A DNA stretch of 36,242 bases, from contig CAZWKG010000001.1 of NCBI GenBank assembly GCA_964634705.1, positions 1 to 36,242 on the forward strand, written 5' to 3'. Under the pieces are notes generated by a model, which worked only from the letters and a program-made list of their open reading frames with translations, was not told the origin of the DNA and searched no databases. This document shows, piece by piece, positions 34,289 through 36,242 of this stretch. Position 1 is the stretch's first letter. Each line of letters starts with the position of its first letter. Source of the DNA: an uncultured Candidatus Bathyarchaeia archaeon. GTDB lineage: Archaea > Thermoproteota > Bathyarchaeia > TCS64. The translations under genes were made by a program, and so were the position numbers.

Positions 34289-35998
34289 ATGCGGGACCTG
34301 ATCGTTAAAGGCGGCTATGTGTACGACCCGCTGAACGGCGTCGACGGCGAGAGGAAGGACATCCTCATCAGCGGAGGGAGAGTGGTAGAGAAGCTGAACG
34401 AGCGGGAGGCGAAGGTCATCGACGCCTCCGGGATGGTGGTGATGCCAGGCGGCGTCGACCTCCACAGCCACATCGCCGGCTCCAAGATAAACATCGGTCG
34501 AACGATGCGACCCGAGGATCACAGAAAGGACCCCGTCCCCCGCACCCGGCTGACCCGAGGCGGCGTCGGCTACTCCTGTCCTTCGACTTTCGTCACGGGC
34601 TATCGGTACGCCCAGATGGGGTACACCTCGGTGATGGAGGCGGCGATGCCTCCGTTGGGGGCCAGGCATGTCCACGAGGAGCTCAACGACACCCCAATCT
34701 TCGACAAGGCCGCCTTCCCCCTCTTCGGGAACAACCACTTCACGCTGAAGTACGTGAATGAGGCCGACATGGAGATGCTGAAGGCGTTCATCGCATGGTT
34801 GCTGAATGCGACCCGGGGCTGGGCTGTCAAGATCGTCAACCCAGGCGGCGTGGAGAACTGGAAGTGGGGGAGGAACGTCGCCGGCCTAGACGACCTCGTC
34901 GACAACTTCGAGGTCTCGCCACGGCAGATCATTACCAGCCTGGCTAGGGCGAACGAGGAGCTTGGGCTGCCTCATACGATTCACCTACACTGCAACAACT
35001 TGGGCGTCCCCGGCAACTACGAGACTACCATCAAGACCATGGACGCCGTGAAAGGCGTAAAACCCAAGGACGGAAGAAAGTCCACCGTCCACGTCGTCCA
35101 CGTCCAGTTCAACGCCCTAGACGGCGACAACTGGGGGAACGTCCGGTCGGGCGCGGCGAAGATCGCAAGGTATGTGAACGCCCATCCTCATGTCACCCTC
35201 GACCTCGGCCAGGCGATATTCACGGACACGACGACGATGACAGGGGACGGCCCCTGGCAGTTCAGGCTCCACAACCTCACAGGGAACAAGTGGGTCAACA
35301 GCGACGTTGAGATGGAGGCCGGTGCAGGCGTCGTACCCTACACCTTCCGGAAGGACAACCCAGCCAACGCCATCCAATGGGCCATCGGCCTCGAACTCGC
35401 CCTACTCATCTACGACCCCTGGAGGGTCTTCATGACGACAGACCACCCCAATGGCGGCCCCTTCACCTTCTACCCCAAGGTCATAGCGTGGCTAATGAGC
35501 CGGAAGGCCCGAACCGAGACGATGCTCGAAGCCCACAAGGCCTGCATGAGACGGACAACCCTCGCGGGCATCTACCGCGAATACGACTTCGGGGAGATAG
35601 CGACCGTGACCCGCGCAGCCACGGCCAAAGTCCTAGGGCTCGAGTCTAAGGGTCAGCTGGGCCCGGGGGCGGACGGCGATGTCTCCGTCTACGACATCGA
35701 CCCGACTGAATGGAGGCCGTCTATGTACGAGCAGATCGAGAAGGCCTTCTCGAGGGCGGCTTACACCATCAAAGGCGGAGAAGTTGTGGTGAAAGACGGG
35801 GAGGTGGTTGCCACGCCCCTAGGGACGACCTTCTGGGTCGATGTAAAGGTGCCTGAGGCGGCGGAGACGGAGCTTATGAAGGATCTGGAGACCGAGTTCA
35901 AGAGCCACTACACCATCAGCTTGGCGAATTACCCGGTTCAGGATGAGTACCTGCCCGTGCAGGAGCGGGTGGCCGTCGACGGGAGGAGAGGATGGTAG
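34289..35998 (+). CDS. fwdA: formylmethanofuran dehydrogenase subunit A (amidohydrolase fold)
   Basis: 569 aa. It has GMVVMPGGVDLHSHIAGSK and is FwdA-like throughout. An AAGGAGGAG element at 34273-34281 lies 7 nt upstream of the ATG, and the start is 1 nt after the fwdB stop. Confidence 0.9.
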   Translation: MRDLIVKGGYVYDPLNGVDGERKDILISGGRVVEKLNEREAKVIDASGMVVMPGGVDLHSHIAGSKINIGRTMRPEDHRKDPVPRTRLTRGGVGYSCPSTFVTGYRYAQMGYTSVMEAAMPPLGARHVHEELNDTPIFDKAAFPLFGNNHFTLKYVNEADMEMLKAFIAWLLNATRGWAVKIVNPGGVENWKWGRNVAGLDDLVDNFEVSPRQIITSLARANEELGLPHTIHLHCNNLGVPGNYETTIKTMDAVKGVKPKDGRKSTVHVVHVQFNALDGDNWGNVRSGAAKIARYVNAHPHVTLDLGQAIFTDTTTMTGDGPWQFRLHNLTGNKWVNSDVEMEAGAGVVPYTFRKDNPANAIQWAIGLELALLIYDPWRVFMTTDHPNGGPFTFYPKVIAWLMSRKARTETMLEAHKACMRRTTLAGIYREYDFGEIATVTRAATAKVLGLESKGQLGPGADGDVSVYDIDPTEWRPSMYEQIEKAFSRAAYTIKGGEVVVKDGEVVATPLGTTFWVDVKVPEAAETELMKDLETEFKSHYTISLANYPVQDEYLPVQERVAVDGRRGW

Positions 35999-36242
35999 AT
36001 GAGCTTCAAGGTCAAAGGCGTGGAGATCGAGGACACCTTCGCCGAGGCCTTCTCCATGTGGGGGAGCAGGATCATCATCACGGCGAAGAACAGGAAGTGG
36101 GCCCACACAGCGGCGACGACCATGACAGGGTTCGCAACAAGCGTCATCGCCTGCGACTGCGAGGCCAGCATAGAGCGAGAGGTCCCCGAGGACGAGACCC
36201 CCGACGGGAGGCCCGGCACCTCGGTGATGGTCTTCGGCTTCT
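35999..36242 (+). CDS. ftr: formylmethanofuran--tetrahydromethanopterin N-formyltransferase, N-terminal 81 codons (runs off the window)
   Basis: Hand translation from ATG 35999 gives MSFKVKGVEIEDTFAEAFSMWGSRIIITAKNRKWAHTAATTMTGFATSVIACDCEASIEREVPEDETPDGRPGTSVMVFGF. This matches Ftr (e.g. GVEIEDTFAEAF, ETPDGRPG). The ATG abuts the fwdA stop (TAGATG). Confidence 0.9.
   Translation, partial: MSFKVKGVEIEDTFAEAFSMWGSRIIITAKNRKWAHTAATTMTGFATSVIACDCEASIEREVPEDETPDGRPGTSVMVFGF

Noticed and set aside
1-36242. I searched by eye for tRNA/rRNA genes, CRISPR repeats, C/D-box sRNAs, riboswitches, IS elements, integrases, toxin-antitoxin pairs and known defence genes.
   Set aside because: No spacer-repeat periodicity was seen. 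No intergenic region is both long enough and GC-structured enough for a tRNA. No RUGAUGA...CUGA pairs occur in spacers, and no transposase, integrase or nuclease motifs occur in any ORF. Absence by eye is not proof. tRNAscan-SE, Infernal, and PADLOC or DefenseFinder should be run.

Overview
This is a gene-dense, GC-rich chromosomal segment with about 35 protein genes on both strands; hand-counted 60-nt lines give about 60-63% G+C. Many genes are separated by 1-15 nt or overlap. It reads as archaeal. The evidence is a short-form PurA, an archaeal-type ThrRS editing domain, an ADP-forming acetyl-CoA synthetase beta subunit, TATA-like boxes about 20-40 nt upstream of starts, and tetrahydromethanopterin C1 genes (mch, then fwdD-fwdB-fwdA-ftr). 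No mcr or other methanogenesis-specific gene is visible. My inference, not a demonstrated fact, is a non-methanogenic H4MPT Wood-Ljungdahl archaeon (TACK/Bathyarchaeia-like).

Gene content from left to right:
- a partial low-GC CPBP protease
- a hypothetical protein and an AstE/AspA-family Zn hydrolase
- an AT-rich island with a 763-aa repeat-rich surface-protein ORF
- YkgJ, a DUF1624-like membrane fragment, a GNAT acetyltransferase and an M50 site-2 protease
- a divergent LarA/DUF2088 homolog, then CinA-like
- purA, dnaJ, an M28 peptidase, dnaK, grpE and purB
- an etfB / ferredoxin-etfA / glcD-like module, which looks like a lactate dehydrogenase/Etf complex
- a free-standing ThrRS editing domain
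- the membrane, BCCP and small subunits of a Na+-translocating biotin decarboxylase, divergent from birA
- a class-III aminotransferase with a coupled orphan ORF, then acdB
- a 765-aa orphan membrane protein
- mch, an HhH-GPD glycosylase, and fwdDBA-ftr

I recognised no rRNA, tRNA, CRISPR array, transposase, integrase or classical defence system.

The most unusual signal is the ~2.7-kb island at ~28-35% GC (about 2940-5600). Its single giant ORF has a signal peptide that is cut off from any start codon. Secondary points of interest:
- a LarA homolog lacking all four hallmark residues
- a 141-aa stand-alone ThrRS editing domain
- an Hsp70 locus interrupted by a peptidase, with a non-canonical DnaK phosphate-2 motif
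- ftr embedded in the fwd operon

All family assignments come from motif recognition by eye. No database search was run.
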